Source of the DNA: Planctomycetota bacterium
Lineage (GTDB): Bacteria; Planctomycetota; B15-G4
Direction of reading: 5' to 3'
NCBI GenBank assembly: GCA_021604805.1
Contig: BQJR01000002.1
Span: 268,665 to 332,664, forward strand
DNA: 64,000 nucleotides
Positions 19,749 through 28,101 of this stretch are shown here, in pieces. The translations under genes were made by a program, and so were the position numbers. The number at the start of each line of letters is the position of its first letter. Positions within the stretch are counted from its first letter, which is position 1. The notes under the pieces were generated by a model. That model saw only the letters and a program-made list of their open reading frames with translations. It did not search any database and was not told the origin of the DNA.

Positions 19749-21377
19749 TCATCGCGGGCGCTTCATTCCCAGGGCGCGCATGCGTGAGCTCAGGGTCGAC
19801 GGGCGCAGACCGAGCAACTCGGCGGCGCCGCCGGGGCCGGAGAGCTTGCCGTCGGCGGCGTGCAGCGCGGCGCGGATGTCGGCGCGCAGGCGCGCCACGC
19901 GTTCGTCTTCAGTGAGGAAGTCGCGCGATGGTGCGTCGCTGCGACCGCCGTTGTTGCCGAGCGCCTGCGTCTTGCCCGGCACTTCACCCTGATGCGCGCG
20001 TGCCGACGCGCTGTCGGCGAGGTCGAAGTGCAGCCGGTCGGACGACGCCAGGATCACGGCGCGCTCGATCACGTTCTGCAACTCGCGCACGTTGCCCGGC
20101 CAGTGGTAAGCCGTGAGCGCGGCCACGTCACGGCGACGCAGCACCGGGCTCGGGGCCGCGCGTCGTGACGTGAGCTGGCGCAGGAAGTGCATGGCCAGGG
20201 CGGGCACGTCTTGCATGCGCGCGCGCAGCGGCGGCACGTTCACGGGGAACACCGAGAGCCGGTAGTAGAGGTCTTCGCGGAAGCTGCCCTCGGCCACGGC
20301 TTGTGAGAGGTCGCGGTTGGTGGCGGCCACGAGGCGCACGTCCACGCTCACGGCGCGGTCGGACCCCACGGGCGAGAACTGACCTTCCTGCAGCACGCGC
20401 AACAGCTTGCCCTGCAGCTCGAGCGGGATCTCGCCGACCTCGTCGAGAAACAAGGTGCCGCCGTCGGCGACTTGGAAGCGACCTTTGCGATCGCTCGTGG
20501 CGCCGGTGAAGGCGCCGCGCACGTGGCCGAAGAACTCGCTCTCGAAGAGGTCGCGCGGCACGGCGGCGCAGTTCACGCGCACGAGCGGGCGCGCCGCGCG
20601 CGCGCTGTGTTCGTGGATCGCGCTCGCCACGAGTTCCTTGCCGGTGCCCGACTCGCCCACCACGAGCACGGTGGCGTCGGTGGGCGCGACGCGTTCGATG
20701 TGCGTGAGCATGGCGCGCACGGCCGGGCTGTCGCCCACGATGCCGGCGAAGGCGCGCGCGTCCACGAGTTCGGCGCGCAGATAGTCGCGCTCGAGTTCGA
20801 GCTGTTCGCGCAGGTGCTGCACTTCTTCGAAGGCGCGCGCGTTGGCCACGGCCACGGCGGCGTGGTCGGCGAAGGTGCGCAACCAGTCGAAGGCCTGCGC
20901 GTCGATGTCGCTGCGGGCGAACACGGCGAGCACTCCGATCACTTCGTCACGGAACTTGAGCGGCTGACCGGCGAAGCAACGCAGGCCTTCGTCGCGGGCC
21001 CACTCGGGATCCACGAGCCAGCCGTCGTCGTGCTCCACGCTGAGCAACAGCGGCTCGCCCGTCGACGCGATGCGCCCGACCTTGCGCACGCCCATCGGGA
21101 AGCGACGGAAGCGACCGTCGAGGGCTTGCCAGTCGCGCGCGGGATCCACACGCGAGGCGCCGGCGCTCGCCGCGAGGTGCAGGCAACGTTCGCGCCAAGT
21201 GCACTCGTCGGCGAGCAGGCAGGTGTCGCACTGGTCGCCGGGGCCGATCATCCAGATGCGCGCCATGGCCACGCCGGGTTCGGCGGCCACGCCCGACACC
21301 ACCTGGGCGAGCACCTGGGGCACCGAGCGCGCGGCGGCGACGTCGAGGGCAATGCGCTGGAGGGCGGCCGGATTCAT
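19749..21377 (-). CDS. sigma-54-dependent Fis-family transcriptional activator with N-terminal GAF domain
   Basis: AAA+ sigma-54 interaction domain (GESGTGKELVASAIH, GAFTGA, and a GSFREDLYYRLSVF region). C-terminal HTH. The GAF domain carries a 4-Cys insert, CDTCLLADECTWRERC. Confidence 0.9.
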   Translation of the reverse strand: MNPAALQRIALDVAAARSVPQVLAQVVSGVAAEPGVAMARIWMIGPGDQCDTCLLADECTWRERCLHLAASAGASRVDPARDWQALDGRFRRFPMGVRKVGRIASTGEPLLLSVEHDDGWLVDPEWARDEGLRCFAGQPLKFRDEVIGVLAVFARSDIDAQAFDWLRTFADHAAVAVANARAFEEVQHLREQLELERDYLRAELVDARAFAGIVGDSPAVRAMLTHIERVAPTDATVLVVGESGTGKELVASAIHEHSARAARPLVRVNCAAVPRDLFESEFFGHVRGAFTGATSDRKGRFQVADGGTLFLDEVGEIPLELQGKLLRVLQEGQFSPVGSDRAVSVDVRLVAATNRDLSQAVAEGSFREDLYYRLSVFPVNVPPLRARMQDVPALAMHFLRQLTSRRAAPSPVLRRRDVAALTAYHWPGNVRELQNVIERAVILASSDRLHFDLADSASARAHQGEVPGKTQALGNNGGRSDAPSRDFLTEDERVARLRADIRAALHAADGKLSGPGGAAELLGLRPSTLSSRMRALGMKRPR

Positions 21378-21390
21378 GGGACGCAGCTTA

Positions 21391-21444
21391 GCGAGATCTC
21401 GCGAACGTCATCACGACATCTCGTGAAGTCGTGAGATCTCGCGA
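21391..21444. promoter_or_regulatory. candidate enhancer (UAS) for the sigma-54 activator
   Basis: Two identical gagatctcgcga 12-mers (21393-21404 and 21433-21444) flank the dyad tcacga-catc-tcgtga (21411-21426). The block lies 70-120 bp upstream of the -24 element. Confidence 0.4.
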
Positions 21445-21512
21445 CGCGAGCTGAGCGGGCCCGATTCACACAGTCCTTTGACTCGCAGGGACTTGGGTTG
21501 ATTCGAGCGCAT

Positions 21513-21528
21513 TGGCACGGCGCTCGCA
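21513..21528 (+). promoter_or_regulatory. sigma-54 (-24/-12) promoter
   Basis: TGGCACG-gcgc-TCGCA versus consensus TGGCACG-N4-TTGCA (1 mismatch). Correct orientation and distance to the GGAG RBS and ATG 21586. Confidence 0.6.
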
Positions 21529-21585
21529 ATGGGGACCGTCGCGCCGCTGGCGCCAACCCTCGACCCCCAAAACCGGAGCAAGACC

Positions 21586-22368
21586 ATGAAGACCCTGATC
21601 CTCCTCGCCGGCCTGGCGCTGACTGGCGCCGCCACCACGCTCGCGCCCGCCCGCGCCGTCACGAAGACTCCCGCGCCCGTGCTTGCCGTCGCCCCGGCGG
21701 CGACTGCCGGCGAGACCTCGGCCGCGCTCAGCGAGGGCGTGGCGCTCGTCGTCACCGACCCGCAGAACGACTTCCTCAGCCCCGACGGCGTGAGCTGGGA
21801 GCTCGTCGGCGCGAGCATCGAAGAGAACGGCACGGTCGAGCACATCGAGCAACTCTTCCAAGCCGCCGAGCGCTACGGCGTGCAGACCTTCGTGTCGCCG
21901 CACTACTACTTCCCGCACGACCACGCCTGGGACTTCGAAGGCAAGCTCGAGTCGGTGATGCATTCGATCGGGATGTTCGACCGGCCCGACGCGCTCAGCC
22001 TCGAAGGTTTCGACGGCTCCGGCGCCGACTGGCTCGAGCAGTACGACGACTACATCGCGAACGCCATCGTGACCAGCCCGCACAAGGTCTACGGCCCGGA
22101 GACGAACGACCTCGTGTTGCAACTCCGCAAGCGCGGCGTGCGCACCGTGGTGCTCGCAGGCATGTCGGCCAACTTGTGCACCGAGTCGCACATGCGCGAG
22201 CTCATCGAACAAGGCTTCGAAGTCTACGTGGTGGCCGACGCCACCGCAGCGGCACGCACCGAGATGGGCGACGGCTACGAAGCCGCGCTGATCAACTTCC
22301 GCTACGTGTCGAGCGGCGTGTTCGACACCGAGCAAGCCGTCGAGTTCCTGGCCGGCAAGCGCGACTGA
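21586..22368 (+). CDS. isochorismatase-family cysteine hydrolase (secreted)
   Basis: GGAG lies 8 nt upstream of ATG 21586. Signal peptide MKTLILLAGLALTGAATTLAPARA. Isochorismatase-like core (LVVTDPQNDF...VVLAGMSANLCTE). Confidence 0.8.
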   Translation: MKTLILLAGLALTGAATTLAPARAVTKTPAPVLAVAPAATAGETSAALSEGVALVVTDPQNDFLSPDGVSWELVGASIEENGTVEHIEQLFQAAERYGVQTFVSPHYYFPHDHAWDFEGKLESVMHSIGMFDRPDALSLEGFDGSGADWLEQYDDYIANAIVTSPHKVYGPETNDLVLQLRKRGVRTVVLAGMSANLCTESHMRELIEQGFEVYVVADATAAARTEMGDGYEAALINFRYVSSGVFDTEQAVEFLAGKRD

Positions 22369-22527
22369 TCGCGAGCGTGCCGACGCGTGGGTGCGCCCGC
22401 GCGTCGGCACCGATCGCGGCGCGCCGCACGCCCCTCGGCGCCGCCGGCTTCCTGCACGCCGCGCGCTGGCACGTCGCAACATCCCCACCCTTTCTCCCTT
22501 CGCTTCCCCCGAACCGAGGTTCACACC

Positions 22528-22872
22528 GTGACCACCCCCACACCCGGCACGCCCGACGTGCTCACTCTCGGCGACGCCGACTTCGACGCCGCTCTCACCT
22601 CCGCCGACCGACCGCTGCTCGTGGACTTCCACGCCACCTGGTGTCCGCCCTGCCGCGCGCTCGCCCCGACGCTCGAACGCCTCGCCGTCTCGCACGCCGA
22701 CCGTGTGCGCGTGGGCAAGGTCGACATCGACGACAACCCCGCACTCGTGGAGCGCTTCAGCATCGCGTCGGTGCCCACGCTGCTGCTCTTGCGTGGCGAC
22801 GAGCTGCTCGAACGCATCACCGGCAACGTGGGCGCCGCCGAGCTCGCCGCACGCGTCGAAGCCCACACCTGA
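22528..22872 (+). CDS. thioredoxin with atypical WCPPC active site
   Basis: GAGG is followed by GTG at 22528. LVDFHATWCPPCRALAP...VGKVDIDDNPALVERFSIASVPTLLL is a thioredoxin fold. Confidence 0.8.
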   Translation: MTTPTPGTPDVLTLGDADFDAALTSADRPLLVDFHATWCPPCRALAPTLERLAVSHADRVRVGKVDIDDNPALVERFSIASVPTLLLLRGDELLERITGNVGAAELAARVEAHT

Positions 22873-22920
22873 TCTCTCGCAGCCTTTCCCCAGTTCCCCC
22901 AACAACCCAAGGAGTCCCCC

Positions 22921-23472
22921 ATGTCACGCATCCCGCACATCGAACCCGCCCAAGCCGAAGGTCGCGCCCAAGAGTTGCTCGACGGCGTGCAGCGCCAACT
23001 GGGCATGGTGCCCAACTTCATGAAGGTGTTTGCCAACTCGCCCGCCACGCTCGCCGGCTTCCTCGGCCTCAACGGTCAGCTGCACCAAGGCACGCTCGAC
23101 GCGAAGCTGCGCGAACGCATCGCGCTCGCCGTCGCCGAGGGCAACAGTTGCCAGTACTGTGTCTCGGCGCACACCGCGCTCGGTGCAAACGCCGGGCTCG
23201 ACGAAGCCGAGATCATGGCCGCGCGCCAAGGTCGCTCGACCGACGAGCGCGCCGCTGCCGGCGTGAGCTTCGCGCTCACCGTGCTCGAGAACCTCGGCGA
23301 CGTGACCGGCGACGAGCTGCAAGCCGCGCGCGATGCCGGCTTCAACGAGGGCGAGATCGTGGAGATCGTCGCGCTCGTCGGTCTCAACGTGCTCACCAAC
23401 CTGGTGGGCAAGGTCGCGCAGATCGACATCGACTTCCCCGAGGTCGAGCTGCTCGCGAGCGCGCAGGTTTGA
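22921..23472 (+). CDS. carboxymuconolactone decarboxylase / AhpD-like family protein
   Basis: CQYCVSAH matches the AhpD-type CxxCxxxH motif. The gene length fits the family. Confidence 0.85.
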   Translation: MSRIPHIEPAQAEGRAQELLDGVQRQLGMVPNFMKVFANSPATLAGFLGLNGQLHQGTLDAKLRERIALAVAEGNSCQYCVSAHTALGANAGLDEAEIMAARQGRSTDERAAAGVSFALTVLENLGDVTGDELQAARDAGFNEGEIVEIVALVGLNVLTNLVGKVAQIDIDFPEVELLASAQV

Positions 23473-23551
23473 GTTGTCTCGGTCGCCCCGGTGTCGCGCG
23501 AGAGTGCGCGCACCGGGGCGACGGCTCTCTGTTCACACCGGACTCACTCAC

Positions 23552-24139
23552 ATGGCACGTCGCTTCTACGAGATCGCCTTCACCGAGCAGGTGAAGCAAG
23601 CGCAACGCGAACAGGGCGTGCGCGACGCCGCTCGTCGCATGGAATCTACTGCAGTGGACGACACGCGACTCGACCCCGACACCACAGCCTTCATCGCACA
23701 GCGCGACAGTTTCTACATGGCGAGCGTGATGCAGAACGGCTGGCCCTACCTGCAACACCGCGGCGGCCCGCCCGGATTCGTGAAGCGTCTCGACGACCGC
23801 ACGCTGGCCTTCGCCGATTACGGCGGCAACCGTCAGCTCCTGAGTACCGGCAACCTGCGAGGCGACGACCGCAGCGCATTGTTCTTCATGGACTACGCGC
23901 TCCGAGCTCGACTCAAGTTACTCGCCCGCGTGCACGTTCATCAGGCCGAAGACCGCCCCGAGCTCGTGGAGCGCGTGCAAGACCCCGGCTACCGAGCGCG
24001 CGTGGAGCGCGTGTTCGTGCTGCACGTGGAAGCTCTCGACTGGAACTGCCCGCAACACATCACTCCCCGCTACACGGAGGCGGAGTGGGAGGCGATTCAA
24101 CGCGTGCGCCCCTCTCTCGCGCTCAGCAAGAACAGATGA
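23552..24139 (+). CDS. pyridoxamine 5'-phosphate oxidase-like FMN-binding family protein
   Basis: ATG at 23552 (MARRFYEIAFTEQV). A split-barrel PNPOx-like region (SFYMASVMQNGWPYLQHRGGPPGFVKRLDDRTLAFADYGGNRQ). Confidence 0.7.
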   Translation: MARRFYEIAFTEQVKQAQREQGVRDAARRMESTAVDDTRLDPDTTAFIAQRDSFYMASVMQNGWPYLQHRGGPPGFVKRLDDRTLAFADYGGNRQLLSTGNLRGDDRSALFFMDYALRARLKLLARVHVHQAEDRPELVERVQDPGYRARVERVFVLHVEALDWNCPQHITPRYTEAEWEAIQRVRPSLALSKNR

Positions 24140-24312
24140 GCGATGAAGGCGATCAAAGCCGGAATGTTCCCGAACAATCCCGCCCAGAACCACTTGTTGG
24201 AGTACCACGGATCATCGACATGCTGGTGGTGCTTCGACAACAAGTGACAACACACGGCGCTCGAGAGCGCGAACGCACCGACGACATCGTGATGGTAGAT
24301 CTCCACGTTCAT
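24097..24312 (-). CDS. small His/Cys-rich membrane protein (possible metal-binding)
   Basis: GGAGAGAAG RBS before ATG 24312. MNVEIYHHDVV...CCHLLSKHHQH followed by one TM helix. Its 3' end overlaps the convergent PNPOx-like gene by 43 bp. Confidence 0.35.
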   Translation of the reverse strand: MNVEIYHHDVVGAFALSSAVCCHLLSKHHQHVDDPWYSNKWFWAGLFGNIPALIAFIAHLFLLSAREGRTR

Positions 24313-24686
24313 CTTCTCTCCAGGCTCATCGAGCTCGACTCGTGCAATGCTGGTGCGGGTGGGCGGCGCAGCGATCTCTTTGCTGCGAGCACCTTCTGAA
24401 ACAGGGCTTCGACGACCGAGCGCCGCCGTCACGGTGAGCGCCGACTGGCCTCCGAACTGCAACCTTCGCACCGCGGCACAACTCCGCGACGGACCTCACA
24501 GGGTCCCTCGCCGTGCGGCCGCCGATGCTACGGAGGATCGGGATCGCTCGCAAGCTGCGTGGGGTGCGCGTCACGGTGATTACACAGGTGACTGAGCTCG
24601 GCGTGGGAGGCGGCGTGAACGAGGGCGCGGTTCTCGCGCCTCAGTCTGTCGCGCGTCTCCTCCTCGCAACCGCTACGCTGCCGGAC

Positions 24687-26573
24687 ATGTCACTCTTTCG
24701 CCGAAGGTCGAAGACTCCTGAAGCGGCTCCGGCCGAGACGCGCGATCCCGTGGAAGTCGTGCTGCGCTACCACGCGCGCAGCAAGCACGACTTCGGGCGC
24801 TATGCCGCGTCGCTCGGATTCCTCGACTGGGACAACCAGCCGGATCCTTTCCGGCGCTTCGAGGGCGCGCCGCGACTCGAGCTCAGCCTGCACGACGCAA
24901 CGTGCGACACGGACACCGGCGAGCGTAGCGCGAACCCGAGCGAGCCGAGCTTCGACGCGTTGCTCACGCCCGGTACCGTCGCGCCGCGCGCACTCGACGC
25001 CGCCGCACTCTCGCGCTTCCTCTTCCACGCCCTCGCACTCTCTGCTGCCAAGCGCATCGAGACGAGTTCGTGGTTCCTGCGCGTCAACCCGAGCAGCGGT
25101 AACCTGCACCCCACCGAGGGTTGGTTGATCTTGCCAGCGCTTCCGTCAGACGGCAGCGCGCAAGCTGGTGCGAGCGCGCGAGACACTCCGACGGCGCGTG
25201 CCAGCGCAGGTGCGAGCGCCGCAGCCCTCACGGCTCCCGCGCTCTCTCACTACGCGCCCGATGCCCACGCGCTCGAACAGCGCGCCTTGCTTCAGCCCGA
25301 GTTCGCCGACGCGCTCTTCGCGTCCCTCCCCGAGGGCGCCTTCCTCGTGGCGCTCTCCAGCATCGCCTGGCGCGAAGCCTGGAAGTACGGCGAGCGCGCT
25401 TACCGCTATGTGAATCACGACGTGGGTCACGCACTCGGCGCACTGCGCTACGGCGCAGCGCTCTGCGGTTGGTCGCTGCGCCGTGTGCCCGGCGTGAGCA
25501 GCGCACGCCTCGCCGAGCTGCTCGGGCTCGACCTCAACGACGAGAGCCCCGAAGCAGAGACCCCTGACCTGCTCGCGATCGTGTTCCCGGCGCATGTCGA
25601 ATCCGACGCAGTTGCCGCACTCACGACGTGGACACCACCGCCCGACTCAGCACTCGCCCCGCTGCAAGGCACGCCGAATGCGCTCAGCAGCGAGCACCAC
25701 CCCTGGCCGGTGATCGCCGCCATGGAGGAAGTCTGTCGCGACGACGGCTCCCCACGCACGCCCGCCCAACCCGCAGAAGGCGACCCCGAGCTGCCGGGTC
25801 AACTCACGAGCCCACCCGCTGCGGCAGGCCACGACGACGCCGTCGATCTCGCAGCGAGTCCGGCCGCACTCGTCACGACCCCGCCGCGCGACGCGCTCGC
25901 CACGCGCATCATCCGCGCACGCCGCTCCGCCGTGTCGATGGACCGCACGTCGCGCCTGTCGGCCGCAGACTTCTTCCGCATGCTCGCAGCCACGCATCCG
26001 TCGCTCGCGCCCGCGCCCTTCGATGCGCTCGCCGCGCCGCCGCGCGTGCACCTTTTCCTCTTCGTGCATCGTGTCGACGACGTGGCACCCGGGCTCTACT
26101 TCTTGCCGCGTCACGACCGCGCGCTCGACGAGTTCCGCGCCGCGAGCGACGCGCCGTTCACCTACGACACGCCGCCCGGCTGCCCGCCCGAACTCCCGCT
26201 CGTGAAGCTCCACGAACACGACGCGCGCTCCGCCGCCGCACGCGTGAGTTGCGGCCAAGACATCGCCGCCGACGGTTGCTTCTCGCTCGGCATGCTCGCC
26301 GAACTCGACCCCGCGTTGCGCACCGAAGGCCCGTCGGTGTACCCGCGGCTCTACTGGGAGACGGGACTCATCGGCCAGGTGCTCTACCTGCAAGCCCACG
26401 CGGCCGGCGTGTCGGCCACGGGCATCGGCTGCTTCTTCGACGACCCCGTCCACGCGCTCGCTGGCCTGCGCGACGCGCGCTTCCAGAGTCTGTACCACTT
26501 CACGGTGGGCGGCGCGGTGCATGATCCGCGCTTGATGGACGAGCCTCCCTACGCCGAACGCGACGCGCACTGA
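24687..26573 (+). CDS. SagB/ThcOx-type dehydrogenase (tandem nitroreductase-fold domains)
   Basis: VVLRYHARSKHDFGRY and WDNQPDPF are SagB-type hallmarks. The second domain carries LYWETGLIGQVLYLQAHAAGVSATGIGCFFDD (FMN nitroreductase fold). ATG at 24687; the ORF is open back to a GTG at 24513. Confidence 0.75.
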   Translation: MSLFRRRSKTPEAAPAETRDPVEVVLRYHARSKHDFGRYAASLGFLDWDNQPDPFRRFEGAPRLELSLHDATCDTDTGERSANPSEPSFDALLTPGTVAPRALDAAALSRFLFHALALSAAKRIETSSWFLRVNPSSGNLHPTEGWLILPALPSDGSAQAGASARDTPTARASAGASAAALTAPALSHYAPDAHALEQRALLQPEFADALFASLPEGAFLVALSSIAWREAWKYGERAYRYVNHDVGHALGALRYGAALCGWSLRRVPGVSSARLAELLGLDLNDESPEAETPDLLAIVFPAHVESDAVAALTTWTPPPDSALAPLQGTPNALSSEHHPWPVIAAMEEVCRDDGSPRTPAQPAEGDPELPGQLTSPPAAAGHDDAVDLAASPAALVTTPPRDALATRIIRARRSAVSMDRTSRLSAADFFRMLAATHPSLAPAPFDALAAPPRVHLFLFVHRVDDVAPGLYFLPRHDRALDEFRAASDAPFTYDTPPGCPPELPLVKLHEHDARSAAARVSCGQDIAADGCFSLGMLAELDPALRTEGPSVYPRLYWETGLIGQVLYLQAHAAGVSATGIGCFFDDPVHALAGLRDARFQSLYHFTVGGAVHDPRLMDEPPYAERDAH

Positions 26574-26676
26574 GTCGCCGCGAAGGGGCTGAGAGCTGCG
26601 TGGCGCTGAATCCCGGCGTCGCCGGCGAGCACGTCGACGTCGGTCACGCAACCAAAGTGAGTCTGCGTGAGAAGGC

Positions 26677-28101
26677 TCACCGCGCCACCACCTTCGCCCC
26701 CGGCTGCGCCAGGTCGACTTCCCACTCCAGCTCGCCGCGCTCCAACTCGCGCGTCACGCTGAGCTCGCCGTCTGACGTGCTCACGGTCACGAAGAGCGAC
26801 TCGCGCAGCGCCGGGTGCAGCCCCAGCAGCGCGCGCCCCTCCACCGACGTGCGCGTGAACTGTTGCGCCGCCGGCAAGATCTCGAGCGACTGGGAGTTGA
26901 GCAGCGAGGTGTCCGTGACGCCGAAGACCTGCAGTGTGCCCGCCAACCGGTTCGACGCAGCCATCTGCACACGCGCACCGGGCACGGGCGCGCCGTCGCG
27001 CTGAACGGTCACGCCCATCACGGGAACCGGCTGCAGCTCGACGCGCAGCGGGATCGGCGCGCGGGTCCCGTCGAGCGGCTGAGTGAGCCACACGAACTCG
27101 CCACCGCTCGCCAGCGGGTGGAAGGCGAGCACGTCGACTCGCCCCTCGGGCAGGTCGGGGATGTGGTGCACGGCGCCGACGCGCAAGCGCAACGGGAAGC
27201 GCTCGTGCCAAGGCGTCGCCGAACGCGGCGGCGAGCCCGAGAGCCGTTCACCCGCCGTGGGCAACAGCCACACGAGCACCTCGTCGTGCGTGCCGGGCGG
27301 CACGGCGCCCAGCTCCAACGCCAGGTCGATGCCCGCGTGCAGTTCCACCTCGAAGGGCTCGAAGCGCGACACGCCAACACCCTCGGTCAGCTGCTCGGTG
27401 TACGACGCGAAGCCCGCCGCCCGCGCGCTGAAGTCGGCGACGCCCGCGGCCCCGCGCGGCAGCACGAAGCGGCCCTCGGTATCGCTGCGGATGAGGCGAC
27501 CGTCGAGCGCGAGCTCGGCGCCGATCACGGGCGCGCCGGCGGCATCGCGCACGACGCCGTGCACCACGCCGTGCTCGCCGAGGTCGAGCTCAAGCGCGCG
27601 CGCGCCGCGGTGGCGCAACAACACCTCGCGCTCGCAACGCGGGCCGCTCTCGCCCACGCTCACCTCGATCCGCCCGCGCCCGGGATACAGCTCCGACCAG
27701 TCGAGACTCCCATCGCCCGCGAGCACGAGCTCGGCGCCGCGGTTGAGGCCGTGCGTGAAGCGCAACACGGCCGCGGAGGGCGCGCCGTCCACCGAGATCG
27801 TGCCCGTGAGCCGCGCCGTGCGCCCCCCGTTCGGGACCGCGGGGCCGAAGTGTCCCACGACCCGCGGCGCGTCGAGGGTCTCCATGGCAGACAACCGTGC
27901 GGACGACCCCGCGCTTTCGCGCACCGAGCTCGGCAGCCGCGCGCCCCGCTCGCTCCGCGGCACCGGCGCGTCCTCGTGCGCCGGGCGCCGCGCCGCGCCG
28001 AGATCGTTGGCGGCGGCGCGGCCGTCGTCGGTGAGCAACACGAACACGGCGACGCCCACCGCGGCGACCATCGCCAGCGGAGCGAGCAAGCGCGCGCTCA
28101 C
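26677..28101 (-). CDS. membrane-anchored protein with carboxypeptidase-regulatory-like (CarboxypepD_reg) beta-sandwich domains
   Basis: N-terminal TM segment (LLAPLAMVAAVGVAVFVLL). Repeated GVVRDAAGAPVIGAELALDGRLIRSDTEGRFVL-type motifs. 4-bp overlap with the upstream giant gene. Confidence 0.6.
   Translation of the reverse strand: MSARLLAPLAMVAAVGVAVFVLLTDDGRAAANDLGAARRPAHEDAPVPRSERGARLPSSVRESAGSSARLSAMETLDAPRVVGHFGPAVPNGGRTARLTGTISVDGAPSAAVLRFTHGLNRGAELVLAGDGSLDWSELYPGRGRIEVSVGESGPRCEREVLLRHRGARALELDLGEHGVVHGVVRDAAGAPVIGAELALDGRLIRSDTEGRFVLPRGAAGVADFSARAAGFASYTEQLTEGVGVSRFEPFEVELHAGIDLALELGAVPPGTHDEVLVWLLPTAGERLSGSPPRSATPWHERFPLRLRVGAVHHIPDLPEGRVDVLAFHPLASGGEFVWLTQPLDGTRAPIPLRVELQPVPVMGVTVQRDGAPVPGARVQMAASNRLAGTLQVFGVTDTSLLNSQSLEILPAAQQFTRTSVEGRALLGLHPALRESLFVTVSTSDGELSVTRELERGELEWEVDLAQPGAKVVAR

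Noticed and set aside
21498-23594. 698-aa plus-strand ORF (extremely Arg-rich), with its 479-aa minus-strand counterpart at 21466-22905
   Set aside because: Both are frame-shifted or antisense shadows of the isochorismatase, thioredoxin and AhpD genes. Arg content is implausible for a real protein.
24687-26573. Interpreting the SagB-type dehydrogenase as part of a thiazole/oxazole RiPP (TOMM) cluster
   Set aside because: No YcaO cyclodehydratase, E1-like partner or Cys/Ser/Thr-rich precursor ORF is present within at least 10 kb on either side. Stand-alone tandem SagB-like proteins exist outside TOMM clusters.
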